A DNA stretch of 63,977 nucleotides, the filler included, from Reticulomyxa filosa (lineage: Eukaryota > Protista > Foraminifera), in NCBI GenBank assembly GCA_000512085.1. It is 14 parts of 14 records of this genome, joined end to end, with 100 filler letters (N's around TTAATTAATTAA, not from the genome) between each part and the next. Parts side by side here need not be neighbours in the genome. Positions count along the whole stretch, not along the records: positions 61,094 to 63,977 come from ASPP01035039.1; 13 more parts are not named here. The stretch is one strand, 5' to 3'. The position numbers and the translations under genes were made by a program. The notes beneath the pieces are model-generated. The model was not told where the DNA came from and made no database searches. It saw nothing but the letters and a program-made list of their open reading frames with translations. Below are positions 62,167 to 63,977 of this stretch, one piece after another (position 1 is the first letter of the stretch; each line of letters starts with the position of its first letter).

Positions 62167-62580
62167 TCAAAGTATACCATCTGAAGAAAAGGATACACTA
62201 CGCACAAAATTTGTTTGCCCTTTTAATAATAAAATTTGGTTTCCAGATGATACATCCATTCGAATTGTCTTATCAAATGAAGATGATATAATTTTAGATC
62301 CATCCGGCGAAATTCTTACTCTATATACTTCACTGGAATGTCCTTCCAACAATTGGATCTGTCTTCATGATGATATATCCCATATTCGAATTGTTTTATC
62401 CTTTGAGCATGATGCAAGCCTGGAATCATCTGATAAAAATTGTATATTGCATATCGCATCAGAATGTCCTTTTAATAGTTGGAGCTGTTTTTCTGATAGT
62501 ACATCCCATATCCGAATTGTAACATCATCTGAATATGACGCAATTTTGGAGCTATCTAATGAAAATAATACTCTAAGAAA
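62167..62580 (-). pseudogene. Decayed WD40 repeat fragment of the 26208-28841 family
   Basis: Same repeat type (LKGHSDAI..IQF.SD...SCSKDKTIRIWD), with an in-frame stop at about 62365, a codon deletion (IRMD for IRIWD) and truncation. Confidence 0.8.
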
Positions 62581-63255
62581 ATTTTGATATGTATGACTAT
62601 CAATAGCAAGGATATTGAAATGAAAACTTTCATTGTACTTGGGATCCCACAAAGGAAGATATGGATGATTTTTAGGTTGTGTTTTACTTTGCTGATACTT
62701 TTCAAATTAAAGGACATTAATAGTTGTAATTTAAAAAAACAATATTTATTCATTTTTGTGGATAATTTTCTGAACAAATGTTTTAAAAGTGAATGTGGTC
62801 ATAATTGCAATCAGTTATTATTTGAATACTCTGTTATATTCAAAACTTACCTATCAACCAACAAATTTGACGAAAAGCGGTTGAAATATGCAAAATAAAG
62901 TCAGTTTATTACTTTTTTTTAAAAACTACAAAGTTAGAGTGAGTATTTAATTTTCATACGATTGATAATGGAATTTTGTTGAATTATTTACGCTTTGGTG
63001 GAACAGCACAAGTTCCCTTAAAATTTGAAGCAGGCTTGAAACAGTGGAGTATTTGAAAAGGCGTCAGTTTAGAATTGGCAAACATTGGACTCATCATTTC
63101 TAACTATAAATAAATCTTTAATGCAACAAAATCTAGAAGATATCAAAATAAGTTTAAAATTTACAAACGAGAAAAGAAAAATGTGTATTTGCACACACGA
63201 CGACGCAAAACAGGAGGGGTTTGTATATAAGGAAAGTGGAGATCTCTCGGGAGGA

Positions 63256-63977
63256 ATGCAACATAACACAGAACCAAATAAGGATACCAAAGAAATAAAG
63301 GCACTAATGACATTATTCAGTGATGCAATTGATGAAAATGAATTGAAAAAGCGTCTCGAAGAGAATAATGGCAATGTGGTCCTGGTGATTGAACAACTAA
63401 CCTCGAAATTGATGCGCCGAGAGGTATATATATTTTTTACATTCTTAATACAAACAAGCAATTACAGAGACATTGTATATGTTTTGTTTTTATGAATTGT
63501 ACATTAAAATATATAATAGACCAAAGAGAGTGAAGAAAAGGAACACAGCAAAGAAGTTGAAAAAAAAAACCGAAAAAGTAAAAAAAGGTGAAGATAATGA
63601 GAATGTGGGAGAAATAAAACCGGGCATTAATTTGCAAGTATATTGTAACAATAAAAAGTGTTTGGCTTCAAAAGGAAAGCTGCTCGTATGGATTAGCCTT
63701 GAATTTATTGAAATTTCTCTTACTCCGGACAAGATCATATTTGAATGTGCGTGGAAAAAACAGTGACTACAGTTATCAAAGTAATGTTTTACAATTCGGA
63801 TCATTCCATTCATGCCATTGGAGATGTAAAGACAGTGGAATCGAATAACTATCAATGTACATATATAATCACCTCTGGACTTTCTTATGAATTGAAAGCC
63901 AAAAAAATTTACCACAAGTATTGAGGATTTGATAGATAGAAGCGAAAGTGCTATGAAAAGCAATGAGATAACAAATT
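63256..63977 (+). pseudogene. Member of a lineage-expanded family: CUE/UBA-like N-terminus + Cys-containing GINLQ.YC..C domain (frameshifted, 3' truncated)
   Basis: IKALMTLFSDAIDENELKKRLEENNGNVVLVIEQL, an intron, then GEIKPGINLQVYCNNKKCLASKGKLLVW. Frameshifts at about 63760 and 63915 lead to VTTVIKVMFYNS...YELKAKK and SIEDLIDRSESAM. Confidence 0.6.

Noticed and set aside
1-63977. Gene neighbourhood or cluster interpretation (for example tubulin + WAVE + UNC-45, or G-alpha + WD40 + DEP)
   Set aside because: These genes mostly lie on different contigs joined arbitrarily; within-contig neighbours are functionally unrelated.
1-63977. Ciliate-type or other alternative genetic code
   Set aside because: Long conserved exons have no in-frame TAA/TAG/TGA, and all three act as terminators (LZIC TAA, SMG9 TAG, SRD5A TGA).

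Overview
This is not one locus. It is 14 short contigs from an AT-rich, intron-rich eukaryotic nuclear genome, joined by 13 identical artificial 100-bp spacers (N44-TTAATTAATTAA-N44), so adjacency across spacers means nothing. The genetic code is standard. An MVREI-type divergent beta2-tubulin and expanded WD40, kelch-like and G-alpha family members point to a foraminiferan such as Reticulomyxa filosa (inference). Manual splicing gives these genes: G-alpha (frameshifted), WD40 proteins, a UPRTase-like domain, SMG9, STT3, beta2-tubulin, steroid 5-alpha-reductase, HCF101-type Fe-S carrier, CDPK, a tandem DEP protein, a pentapeptide+16xWD40 NLR-like protein, a secreted Cys-rich lysozyme-like protein, PAP2 phosphatase, a multi-RRM protein, LZIC, SCAR/WAVE, NOA1 GTPase, ALIX/BRO1, a kelch-like protein, a Cmc1-like CX9C protein, a TPR protein, TPS/TPP, a GST-like aaRS domain, UNC-45, a GT71 mannosyltransferase and a CUE-like family member. 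I see no operon-like novel system. The best leads are: introns with inverted polarity (U-tracts after the donor, A-tracts just before the acceptor AG); an NLR-like WD40 sensor with hypervariable surface positions; a decayed tandem array of intronless SOCS-box/ankyrin-like genes; a ~210-bp TG...CA solo-LTR-like family; and several probable pseudoenzymes. Many single-base frameshifts are probably homopolymer sequencing errors. All family calls rest on motif recognition by eye; no searches were run.
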